Of a DNA stretch of 64,000 nucleotides, positions 35,901 through 44,384 are shown one piece after another. The notes under the pieces are model-generated. The model saw only the letters and a list, made by a program, of their open reading frames with translations. It made no database searches and was not told the origin of the DNA. The stretch lies in the NCBI GenBank assembly GCA_004431415.1, contig QPMI01000530.1:62001-126000 (forward strand), written 5' to 3'. Source of the DNA: Cyanophora paradoxa CCMP329 (taxonomy: Eukaryota; Plantae; Glaucophyta). A program made the translations under genes and the position numbers. How positions within the stretch are numbered: the stretch's first letter is position 1; every line of letters begins with the position of its first letter.

Positions 35901-38894
35901 AAACTGTAGTCGCCGGACGTGCCGTAGGAGTTCGTGGCGTTTGCGGAGCACGTGTACGTCGTGTTGGGCCAGAGTCCGCTTGCGCTAAAGGTGGCCCAGC
36001 CCGCGCCGCCCGCCACGGACGAAGAGGCTGTCCAGGCCAGGCCGCCGTCGTTCGAGGAACAGCTCGCCGCGGCCTCCGTGACGGCGGCGCCGGCCGTGCT
36101 TGTGTAGCGGAAGAAAACCGTGACCGACGCCGAGCGAGAGGCGATGCTGGACAAGGAAACGTAGTGCACTGTTGGCGTGTCCCCGGTCGCGTAGGAGCCT
36201 GCACAAATGCATCGAAGCACATGAATAAAAGCGCCTCACGGCCATACAGGCCCGAGCAGAGTGCGCACCGCTGATCCTGAAGGTATGAGCGGATGCAATG
36301 CTGCCGGTGGCGAGCCCTGCCGCCGTGATCCTGCATGGACCCATCTCATGATCAGCTTGCGGCACTTCTGCGCAGGTCGCTCAAGCCATGCCGCGCGCGC
36401 GCACGCGAGGCAGGAGGAAGCGTCGGAGCCGTAGGCGCCGCCCGCGAGGTCGAAGGCCGGGCCATCCACGACCGCGCCCGGCGTGGCGTCGCTCGCGACG
36501 ACCGCGCCCACTGCGCACGTGCGACCACCGATATCAGCTTTACACGCGAGAACATTTAAGGATAAGGAACGCACGCTGGGGGTCGATGAGGACGGGCTTG
36601 AACCCGCGCCCGGCCCACAGAAGGAGCTCCCCGCAGGCCCCGACCACGCTCCCGTTCATCGAGGCGGTCGGGATGGAGGGCAGGGACGCCGCTGTGCGCC
36701 ACGCGCGGCTGCTGCCGGCCGCGTCCAGGTCCGTCTCCCTGCACGAGCGTCATGTGTTGAACCTGTCATTTAATTTGTCGCGCGATGGCTCACAGGATCG
36801 TTCCGCCTGATGTGACGGCTTGATCCGGCAGGACGTACCACTTGTTCGCTGTTCGCGAGGGCGGCCGTCAGCGTCGCGTTCGATCGCGAGCGGCGGGACG
36901 AAGATCTAGGTCTAGAAGCTCAAGCAAAGGCAGTGAGAGCGGAAGCACCGATCCGGGCGCTGACGACGTTCGCGCCGAAGGCCACCGACGTTACGGAGGC
37001 CTGCTGCGCCCAGCCCGTGCCAGCCGACCACCTGCGATCGCGAGCGCCAGCCCCAGCAGGTGAGGCAGCGACAGAGAATCCGCGCGGCGAGGACCGAAGC
37101 CGAACCGCCATGTTGCGCCGTAGGTCGGGTCGGGGTTCAAGTCTGTCGGGCCTTGGCCCCCCGTAACCTGAGCGCGCTTTCAGCCCGGGATTGCAACCCG
37201 CCCAAAGCGCCCCAACTCACCCAGACGAATCCTCCGAAGTGCGCGAGGGCGTGGCAGCAGAGGGGGGAGGGCATGGAGGGGAGGGCGGAAATCGCGGAAA
37301 TGTCCAGCGGCACGCTCCAGAACGCCGCCTCATAGGAATTCGCGTCGCTGACGCCGCCTGCGCCGCAGCCGAGTCGGAAACTCGCCATCGCGCCAGGGCG
37401 TGCTTATATTTAGACTCGAGGGGATCGCCATGTGCGCGCGCGCGGACCGCTGCAGTAGATGAAAGACGCGCCGTCCCACGCGCAGGCGATGCCGCGCGTG
37501 GGGGAGGGCAGCGAGACGGGCGCAGCGGTCCAGACGTCCGTGTCGACGTCGTAGATCTGCGAGCGGCTTGAGAACGACTGCGCTGAAAGAAAGGGCGGGG
37601 GGAAGGGCGGGGAGAGAGGGGAAGAGGCTCAAGGGTGAGGGGTGGGGCGGGGGGGGGGGAGAGGAGGGGGGGAGCTCGAGGGAGTAAGCGGGGCGGGGGG
37701 GGGGGGGGAGAGGGGGGGAGGAGCTCGAGGGAGTAAGCGGGCGGGGGGGGGGGGGAGGGGTAAGCGGGGGCGGAGGGCCTAGGTGTGAGAACGAGGGGAA
37801 GGGGAGGGGGCGGAAGGGTGCGGGAAGAGGAGAGGGAAGCGGGAGGGGAATGGGAGCGAGGAGGGGTGGGGGGCGGGGGGAAAGGGATAGGGGGATCCGG
37901 GGCGAGCCTGGATGAGGAAACGGGAAGGGAATGGGGGCGGGGGGAGGGAAGAGGAGAAGGGAGGGGGCGGGAGGGCGGGGATATAGGGAGGGGGGGGAGG
38001 GAGGGGGGGGGAGGGGGGGGCGGAGCTTAAGGCTGATCATGAGAGGTACGGTGGCAGGGGTGGGAGGTGGCAGGGGTGGGAAGGGCGAGTGGGAGAGGGG
38101 GGGGGGGGGGGGGGGGAGGTGGCCATGGGGGGGGGGGGGGCGGGGAGGGGGGGGGCAAGCGAGCCTGGATGTCGGAGAGGTGGGTCCAGCCGCTGCTGCC
38201 GTCGTCCACCGCGCCCCCGAACACGGCGAGCCGCCAGCCGCCGCCGCTCTTGAAGAACGCCCCGGCCGCGGCCCACCTTGCGGTCCACGCGCCCGTGGCG
38301 AGCTGGACCGTCTCCAATCCGTACGCCGCTGTGTGAAAGCTTTCTTTTCAGCGAAGCCCAAGAAGGGCGAGCAGAGAGGGGGGTCGCGTTATTTGACGGG
38401 AGGAGGGCCGGCCCGCGGGCGGGCGCGCCTGTGGTGAACGGGGAGGAAGAGTTGGAGGGAGAGGTCCCGACGGCGTTCGTCGCGTTGGCGCTGCACGAGT
38501 ACCTGAGGGCGCCGGCGCGAGTTTAGATTCGCCGCAGAGCAGATCGGAGAGCGGCGCAGGACAGGGCGCACGTGGTATTCAAGGCGAGGTCCGTCGCGCT
38601 GAGCAGCGCCTGCGCGTCGCCCGCCCCGACGGCGACCTGCCCCGTCCAGTCCACGGTCCCGCCCTCGCTCCTCTCGCAGCTGGCGGCGACGCTTTGGACG
38701 GGCGAGCCGCCATCGAGCCCCAGAGCGACTGTGACCGTCGCGGTTCGGAGGCGGACGTTGCCGACGGAGACGGAGGCTGGGGCGTCTGGGGCCGTTTGCC
38801 CCGCCGCCAGGTGCACCCAAGCGAAGAGGAAGAGGAGGAGGGGGAGGAGGATGAGAGGACGGGGCCGCGGCCTCCGTCTTGCGGCGGCCCCCGT
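1..38894 (-). CDS. Giant multi-exon secreted/surface protein: signal peptide, then FN3 + 13 x [Kelch-like beta-propeller + FN3 domain(s)], a 19-FN3 stalk and a C-terminal propeller/jelly-roll region. Roughly 9,000+ aa; 3' end beyond the window.
   Basis: The same motif series recurs 13 times on the minus strand (AGVLFRN..KL.V.GG..YD...W; CAWD...IYC.GG; FW..P...LP.MP...H; W...GW; RIG.KWY; E.DL...W; G.VLGACGD.LL...P..IDP; YGSD.FTC; R.NG), each followed by an FN3-like unit (R.A.L...F.YNGG..I....ASC...W.G....GL.PNTTY.C.ANATN..GTS...FTT). A signal peptide RRRPRPRPLILLPLLLFLFAWVHLAAG/QT lies at ~38800-38880. Exons join in frame across GT/GC-AG introns wherever checked, and the frame is open at position 1. 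The start codon is uncertain. Confidence 0.85.
5972..12027 (-). CDS. ~6-kb exon encoding 19 tandem FN3-like domains (stalk)
   Basis: ORF 5945-12043 contains 19 units of ~100 aa (P..P..V....I.PRNA.L...F.YNGG.WI...ASC...W.G...GL.PNTTY.C.AN.TN.AGTS...F.TIPE). Acceptor cgcag|GGTTCTAC at 12027; donor TCG|gtgcga at 5972. Confidence 0.92.
7495..9900. repeat. Near-identical 915-bp tandem repeat (3 FN3 domains per unit, ~2.6 copies)
   Basis: Matching shadow ORFs recur at 915-bp offsets (8013/8928/9843; 8184/9099; 8298/9213) and the DNA is nearly identical between units. Confidence 0.92.
9870..11490. repeat. Near-identical 609-bp tandem repeat (2 FN3 domains per unit, ~2.7 copies)
   Basis: Shadow ORFs recur at 609-bp offsets (10161/10770/11379; 10443/11052; 10310/10919). 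Confidence 0.92.
12099..13410 (-). other. Kelch-like propeller module 13 (multi-exon)
   Basis: VLEIKPVAPGSFAGRQDVAGVLFRNATGGYKLLIIGG; ACSWDEKTNGYVWCSGG; ELDLASPPPKSW; LIGACGEYVLW; YGGFGSDFFTCTTC. Confidence 0.8.
13469..15348 (-). other. Propeller module 12 (13851-15348) + FN3 exon (13469-13792)
   Basis: GAGVLFYNETGARKVLVVGG; SCAWDDGATIFCTGG; EIDLAASSPKQW; YGSDTFTCTMC; 324-nt phase 1-1 FN3 exon. Confidence 0.8.
15413..17283 (-). other. Propeller module 11 (15785-17283) + FN3 exon (15413-15727)
   Basis: GTAFYNGTGGLKLLLAGG; CAWDEDPHGRIYCA; EVDLTVSGPRTW; VLGTCGDYLL; YASDYYTCTT; 315-nt FN3 exon. Confidence 0.8.
17343..18979 (-). other. Propeller module 10 (17726-18979) + FN3 exon (17343-17654)
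   Basis: PAGVLFRNVSSGLQLAVIGG; CAWDHASTIFCTGG; EIDLAASGTKSW; VLGACGDMLL; YDSDQFTCTLC; 312-nt FN3 exon. Confidence 0.8.
19048..20781 (-). other. Propeller module 9 (19424-20781) + FN3 exon (19048-19359)
   Basis: AAMFRNGTSGLKMLLTGG; CAWDENPSGFIYCS; VLGACGERLVV; YASDELTCTT; 312-nt FN3 exon. Confidence 0.8.
20837..22506 (-). other. Propeller module 8 fused, without a junction intron, to its FN3 domain (~20837-21150)
   Basis: GAAVFRNGSSSSGVKILSSGG; MCTGGYNG..FWRYP; LGACGDYLLW; FVSDSFTCSMC; SILVNATYPVPDTP read through without an intron. Confidence 0.75.
22565..24465 (-). other. Propeller module 7 (22949-24465) + FN3 exon (22565-22885)
   Basis: AGALLQNETGRFKLAVVGG; FWRFPTSFASRTDLPNMP..MEGH; ELDLGVAPKSW; VLGTCGGLL; 321-nt FN3 exon; GC donor at 22948. 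Confidence 0.8.
24535..26796 (-). other. Propeller module 6 (24928-26796) + FN3 exon (24535-24864)
   Basis: PVLFRSSNDSGGFKMAFVGG; DENPAGYIYCL; EVDLSLPFGSKTW; LLAACGDLLL; YGSEAFACLTC; 330-nt FN3 exon. Confidence 0.78.
25936..26169. repeat. Intron in propeller 6 with degenerate direct repeats
   Basis: gaaagaaccggcac x2, acgccatagct(t/c)ggagcg x2 and aaactat x4. Confidence 0.65.
26868..28519 (-). other. Propeller module 5 (27249-28519) + FN3 exon (26868-27182)
   Basis: GAGVLFQNATSGFQLAVIGG; CAWDFSQLGWVYC; WSEATGW; RIGSRWF; VLGACGDYLLW; YDSDAFSC; 315-nt FN3 exon. Confidence 0.78.
28578..30683 (-). other. Propeller module 4 (28971-30683, divergent) + FN3 exon (28578-28895)
   Basis: TLFRDENGRVKLISVGG..FDVESRTW; IYCSGG; WSPETGW; VLGACGDGFLMW; 318-nt FN3 exon. 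Confidence 0.75.
30745..32728 (-). other. Propeller module 3 (divergent) fused, without a junction intron, to its FN3 domain (~30745-31070)
   Basis: PAGVLFRDPAGRQQFLIV; YDIGSDSW; CAWDE; IYCLGG; RIGSKW; CFGACGPYLM; FASESFSC; AVVVNGSLHGTWSGVPS read through without an intron. Confidence 0.75.
32781..34613 (-). other. Propeller module 2 (33157-34613) + FN3 exon (32781-33095)
   Basis: AGVAFRSGTGGWKLAVIGG; YIYDVNSDSW; GFVYCT; EIDLSLPSNTKSW; VFGAC; YGTDSASC; 315-nt FN3 exon. Confidence 0.78.
34678..36198 (-). CDS. 1521-nt phase 1-1 exon encoding 5 tandem FN3-like domains
   Basis: ORF 34433-36220 contains five GL.P.TTY.C.A...N..GTS units. Acceptor tgtgcag|GCTCCTAC; donor ACCG|gtgcgc. Confidence 0.9.
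36269..38328 (-). other. Propeller module 1
   Basis: AAAGAFFKSGGGWRLAVFGG; IYDVDTDVW; CAWDGASFIYCS; FWSVP..LPSMPSPLCCH; VVGACGELLLW; YGSDASSCLAC; FRISG. Confidence 0.82.
37557..38164 (-). repeat. ~600-nt GC-AG intron of G-run low-complexity DNA (G-rich on +) with degenerate internal repeats
   Basis: Poly-G tracts; ggagctcgagggagtaagcggg repeated at ~37671 and ~37720; a copy of the donor junction (gcgagcctggatg) at ~37902 matches 38159. Confidence 0.75.
38429..38894 (-). CDS. Signal peptide and first FN3 domain of the giant gene (two exons; intron ~38502-38571)
   Basis: PLILLPLLLFLFAWVHLAAG-QTAPDAPASVSV...LALNTT|YSCSANATNAVGTSPSNSSSPFTT. Confidence 0.8.
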
Positions 38895-39299
38895 CGCCCC
38901 GCCCCGTCGGATGGTGCCGAGTGGCGCCGCTCGCCGCTGGACGGGGAATGTACATGCGGTACGCGCAGCTATAGCTCGAACCCGAACGAGGCGTGCTCTT
39001 TTACGAGCGCGCTCGAGCTCGAGCTCCGTACCGCAGCTGCAGCTGCAGCCGCATGCATATGTCTCGATCGCCCCTGCGCATTCGACGATAAGCAAGCGCT
39101 CAATTATCGCACTCAGGGGAGGGGGGGCGGGGGGGAGGGGGGGGGGGGGGGGCGGTGGGAAGGAGGGGGACGGCGCGGGGAAGCGGGGCGGGTGGGGGTG
39201 GGGGAGTTAATTAAAGAGAAGGGAGCGCGGCGGAGAGGAGGGAGCGGAGAAATGGGGGGGGGAGAAGGGGGGGCATTAGGCCTGCCACTTCCAGGCTGG

Positions 39300-41800
39300 C
39301 CAGGGGACCTATGTAAAGACTAAAAGACGGAAACTTAACGGAACCGCGGCAGTTACGGCTCAGCGGCTAGCGGGCCTGGATAGGGGGCGGCTTCGGGTTG
39401 GGATGCCCGGCGGGAAACTTATATAATTATAATTAGGACCGCCGGCGAGCTCTGGCGAGCTTCCGGGAGGGGGAAGGGGTTGGGGGCGGGCGAGAACGCA
39501 CGTGGACCCGATCTAGAAGCGCAGAACGAAGCTGTCGACTCGACTTGGGCCCGCGGCCGTCGACTCGGCGCGCGGGGCGCCGGCGATCGCGATCGCGGGC
39601 GGCCAGCGAGCGAGCAGCAGCAGCAGCAGCAGCTGGTCATGTGGGGGCCTGCGAGCGCATAATGATCAGATGATGACAGCCGGGCCGGGGCCGCCGGGGC
39701 GACGAGCTCAAAAGTTGGGCGCACTCTTGTGTCCCGTTTCAAGTTTGCTGCTGCTGGCCGGCCTGCTGCACGCGTCCGCCCTACGTATGCAGCTGCGCAT
39801 GCATATAGGGAGCAGAGGGCTTCGCCATGCTTCAGTCAGCGACATTCTCTGGCATTCGAAGTTCATCATGATCGTGAGCTCTCGCCCTAAAGCTACTCGT
39901 GCGTCGGGCTGAGGCCTAGCTAGCCTCTAGCTATCGCCGAGTCGGCTTTAGCTGCAAGTTGCCTGTAACTTAGTAACGCTGGCCATGGTCGCGGAAGCCA
40001 GGGGCCGGTACTCGCCGACGAGACTAGGGAATCGCCGCGCCGACTCGGCGAGCGCGCCCAAGCTTAAGCTTTAGGCTTGCGTATACCAGCTGCAGCTGAC
40101 TCGCAGTGAGCCGCGCGCTACCAGCTGCAGGCCTTGGCCGACTCGGCGATCACCGCGCATGCGCTGCGCATGCAGCCGCGGCCTCAGTGAGCTGCACAGC
40201 TGCACATGCAGCCTGCATGACCGTCGTACCGTCGGACATCGATCCGACTCGGCGATGCTGCTGCTGCACTGCAGGCTGCTGCGCGCATGCACTGCACTGC
40301 GGCAGCTGGCAGCTCAGCGGCAGCTGCGGCAGCTGCTGCAATGCAACTTGCCAAGTTGGCATTAACTTGGCAAGAAAAGCCTGCAACCTGCACTGTGCAG
40401 GCTGCAGGCTGCAGCCTGCAGGCTGCAGCCTGCAGCAGCAGTGCAGCTGCATGCAGCGCAGCCCGGCCGTTATCGAAGCTCAGCAGTGCACTATACGGTA
40501 CCCCCGGCTTGCCCCGAATCTTCATCGCAACGACGCAATCTCGTATTCGGAAGATTCAATGATTGACTGTTGCCAGGGCCGGGCAAATCGCACCGATTCG
40601 CGATCGCGCGCCGCTTTAATTCCGCGCGGCGCGCGCATGCGCGCGGGGCCATTGCGGGCCAGGGCGCAACTGATTCGGCGATCGCGATCACGGAGCGTGA
40701 CAATCACCCGCACCCGGCAGGCGGCGATGGATCTTGAATCTTGACTTGCAATTATTGCAATCATGAATCATCTTTAGAAGATTGCCCAAGATGATCGTCC
40801 ACGTGAATCGGTTCGTCTTGAACGTCTTCACTGATATTTATCGAAGAGTCAACCCATCGCGATCGCGATCGATCGTGCATGATGACCGTCGGACGGTGCA
40901 CGTGCATCGGCCGATGAGCCCTCGGCCGCGGAGACGCGAATCGCGAGTGGATTCGCGACTCAGACTCCGAGGCTCGCGATCGGCGATGACTCGGACCACT
41001 CGCCGGGACCGTGACTCGGTATTACCGGTAGATCGTCTCACAGTCTCTCACAGAGTCTCACTGCAGCTGAGCCTGAGTCCGGGCGGGGAGTCGCCGGGGA
41101 CCGGCGGCGGCGCCGGCGGGCCGCGGGCCCCGGCCGCGGGCCGCGGGCGGCGGGCCCCGGGCGCCGGCGGGCCGCGGCCGGGCCGGCGGCGGCGCGGCGG
41201 GCCCCAGCGCGGCCGGCCCTCGGGGCCCGAGTCGGGGGACCGTCGGACCGCGGCCGGCGCCCGGATTCCCGGCCGGCGCCGCGGATCATCGGATCATCGG
41301 ATATCGATGACCCTCGCCCAGTCGACGACTCGACGTCGGATCACAGATTCCGGCGGTCCCCCCTCTAATTTGAAGTTGCATTAACAAGTTTGTAAGGGCC
41401 ACTGGGCCAATTACTGCCAAATTTACTGGTTGGCCAACTTGCCAAGCTGCCAAGTTGGCATTCAAAATACTTGGCAAAGCCCGGCCGCATGTGCCGGCCT
41501 GCAGGGCCGCAGCCTGGCAGTGCCCCGCACATCATGCCGCCACTGGCCCGCCAGTACTAGCCAGGCTAGCCTACTAGCTATTTAGTAACACGCTAAAGCT
41601 TAAGCGTTGCTACTAGGGAGCACACATGTACGTTAATTTGAAACGCTAAAGCTAGAGCCTAGAGGCTACAATTAAAGCCTACAAGCTCAGCTTAGTAAGT
41701 AAGCAAAGGTAGGCCCAGGAGGCCTGGAGCGTTGGGAGCTGTGCTGCCGGAGGGGCGAGCTAATTCCAGGCTCGAAGCGCTCCGAAACTGCAGCTAGAGC
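39300..41800. other. Intergenic low-complexity block made of successive palindrome-rich domains
   Basis: CTAG/AGCT runs (39910-40080, 41555-41810), CTGCAG/TGCA (40180-40500), GATC/TCGCGA (40590-41000), near-pure GC (41090-41285), GCCAAGTTGGC (40350, 41430-41480). No convincing protein ORF. Confidence 0.6.
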
Positions 41801-41805
41801 TAGCC

Positions 41806-44384
41806 CTAAAGCTTGGCGTCCCAGAACCCCCAGCGGCACGTCCAGGACTCGGTCGTACCCCCCCGTTCGGGGTTCGAGACGTTCGGGGGTAGGCAGCCCA
41901 GGAGCGCCCCAATCGACCCGCAGGCGAAGCCGCGCTTGCCCTCCGCCGCCGCGTCCCCCGGAGCTGCGGACGCGCGCGCGCGCGGAGGTCAGGGGGGGTA
42001 CAGCGGGAGATGAGTGACGGGGGTACGTCTGCGGACCGGGCAGGGGTAGGGGCGCCTCCTTGATGCGCTCGCGGCGAGGGGGTACGTCATCCTCCTCGTC
42101 CTCCCTGGGGACGAATTCAGCAATGGGGGGAGAGTCGGGCGGGGGTACGCTCGCCTCCGTGCCGCCTCGGAGGCGTCCTCGAAGGGTACGTCGACCATCC
42201 TGGGGCGGGGGAGCGGAGGGAGGGGGGTACATCAGTCGCAAGAAACTATCTGTCCAATAGCTATTTATATCCTTCAAGCCACGCACGAGCCGCGTCGGGA
42301 GGAGAAAGAGGAGCCGAGGGAGGACTCAGGGTCCGCGGCGATGGCGGGGCCGGCCTCGACCACGCCGGCCCCGACGGGGGGCGCCACGGGAGCGAAGGGG
42401 AGGGAGCCGGTACCCCCCACCGAGGGCGCCGGCGACGGCGGCGCCTGCTGCGCTGTGGGCCGAGGCTGCGCCTTGGGCCGCGGCGGGGGGTACGCCGCCC
42501 TCTGCCCTTCGACGTCGAAGTGAATCTGGAGGATCGATCCTCCGCCCAGTACCCAGTCCCGCTCCACGGGCTCCGCCCGCTCGATCTGAGGATCAGGTGA
42601 GATCCGACGCCTGCGCTAGGCGGTGCTGCCCTGTTATGCGGCGCTGCCCTTGGGCGCGGGCCTTAGGCGGGCGGCGGCTGGCGCTAGGCGGCGGGGGCTT
42701 CGTAGGGTCTCGAGCTTCTATCCCATCGGCACTGGGGGGGGGGGGGGGGGGGGGGGGAGGGGGCGGGGACGGGTTATGCACGTCGGGTGTTATCGCAAAG
42801 GTCAGGCCCCGAGCGACTGCGTGGGGTACGGGTCAGATACTCGGGGGTCGGGAGAGGGAGGGGAAGGCAGGGGCGGGGTGCAGGATACGGAAAGAGGGGG
42901 GAGGAGGGGGGGGGAGTGACGAAGCGGATTCGAATGGAGGAGGCGAGGAGGGACGGGGGCAGGGCGGGGCGGGGCCCGGGGCGGGGAGCGAGCGCGGGCG
43001 CGCATCGCACGGCCCCAGTCGGATGCGGAGGGGGGGGAGGGGGGGGGAGGAGGGGGCGGGGCGCGGTCTGCAGGGCCCCGGCCGGCCGGATCTAGAGGGG
43101 GGCAGCCTGGCAGGAGACGAGGGGGGGGGGGGAGGGGGGTACGGGAGCGCACCGCCGGCTCCTTGCCGCCGCTGCGTTCGCGCTTCAGCGTGATCGCCAC
43201 GCTGCTCGCCCGCCCGTCAAGCTGCCCGGGTACACGTCAGCTGTCCGGGTACGCGGGTACTCTAGGCTACGCCGAGCGTCCAATCTGAGCCCCGCCCCGC
43301 GGCGCCCCGCTCGGAGCACCCACCGGTAGCTTGAAGGCCTGGTCGAAGAAGGGGCTGGGCCCGGGGAGGCTCCCCGTGCGCGCCGCATCGCGCCCGTAGA
43401 CGCACTCGACGAAGAACCGCGTCCGGTGCGTCCTATAGATAGTTAGTTGGTTGGTTATATAATTAGTTAGATAGTTAGTTAGTAAGGGAGTCGACTGTAA
43501 GTTAGTTAGTTAGTTAGCTAGTTAGTTCGTTGGTTAGTTGGTTGTTTAAAAAGTGGGTTGGTTCGGGCGAAGGGCCTAGGCCTGGATCCGGGGGGCGTGA
43601 TCTAGAGCCTAGGGCCTAGGCCTGGATCTAGGAGGCCTAGGCCTATCCCTGGGTCCAGAGCTCGATGGAGACGCGGCGCGGCGCGGCGCGGCGCGGCGGC
43701 GCGCGTCAGTTGGTTTGCTCGATTGATGTCTGGCAGGCGAGCCAGCGGGGATCTTCGGCGGACTCGCCTGGTTCTAGTCTAGATCTATATCTACTTCTCG
43801 AGCGCCGGCCGCAACTGGCGGGGCGGGCGGATTCCGGATCGGATCGGGGCGGGGGGATTCCGGATCGGATCGGGCCGGCCGCGGGCCGGGGCGGGGCGGG
43901 GCAGCATCACCCGAAGAAGTTCTTCTTGGGGGCGCCTTTCACCTGCGCCCCCTTGACGCGGATCTGCGGGCCGGGGCGGGGCGGGGCGGGGAGGTCAGTC
44001 CGGTGGGCGGCGCGCGCGCGCTGCCGGACAGGCGCGGATAAGATATATATGGTAGGGTCCGCGCTCCGCACTCCGCACTCGGCGCCGCATGGGCCGGCGC
44101 CGGCGATTCGATTGCGGGGAGGAGCTCTAAGTTTGAGAGCGGCGCCGGCCGCGGCCCGGATCTAGAAGGGCCCTCAGAGGCCTAGGGCTCGGGCGGGCGG
44201 GGCCGGGGCCGGGGCCGGGGCCGGGGCCGAGCAGATCTAGAGCCCGCGAGCGGCAAGTGCGAGTCCCAAGCGAAAGGACGCGGCGGGCGTTCGACTCGGC
44301 GAGTTCGCTCACCAGCAGGAACGGCGTCGTTGAACCGGAGGAGCCCGCGCCCGACAACGAAGGTGCCATGGCCATCAACGCCAT
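41806..44384 (-). CDS. C2-domain protein with Pro/Ser-rich tail (multi-exon)
   Basis: Spliced model MALMAMAP...PFLL|IRVKGAQVKGAPKKNFFG|THRTRFFVECVYGRDAARTGSLPGPSPFFDQAFKLP|LDGRASSVAITLKRER...ERDWVLGGGSILQIHFDVE follows C2 strand order. The best last exon ends ...WGFWDAKL*. One internal exon is unresolved. Confidence 0.6.
43438..43565. repeat. (TAGT/TGGT)n tetranucleotide microsatellite in a C2-gene intron
   Basis: agttagttggttggtt...gttagttagttagttagctagttagtt. Confidence 0.85.

Noticed and set aside
18-36810. Many plus-strand ORFs over the giant gene
   Set aside because: They are antisense shadows of GC-rich minus-strand exons, repeat with the FN3 period and show no independent motifs.
12099-38328. 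Thirteen separate tandem genes
   Set aside because: There is only one signal peptide, no stop/start between modules, and all junctions splice in frame across short introns. RNA confirmation is still needed.
12099-38328. Galactose/glyoxal oxidase assignment for the propellers
   Set aside because: The Tyr-His copper-ligand motif and C-terminal His domain of copper radical oxidases are not recognisable.
37330-38437. Poly-Pro/poly-Gly ORFs resembling extensin or formin
   Set aside because: They come from the G-run intron between two in-frame propeller-1 exons.
39670-39912. Small plus-strand ORF with a signal-peptide-like stretch
   Set aside because: The hydrophobic run derives from a CTG repeat and there is no recognisable mature domain.
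40071-40562. Gln/Ala/Cys-rich ORFs
   Set aside because: Products of CTGCAG low-complexity DNA open on both strands, with no splice or domain support.
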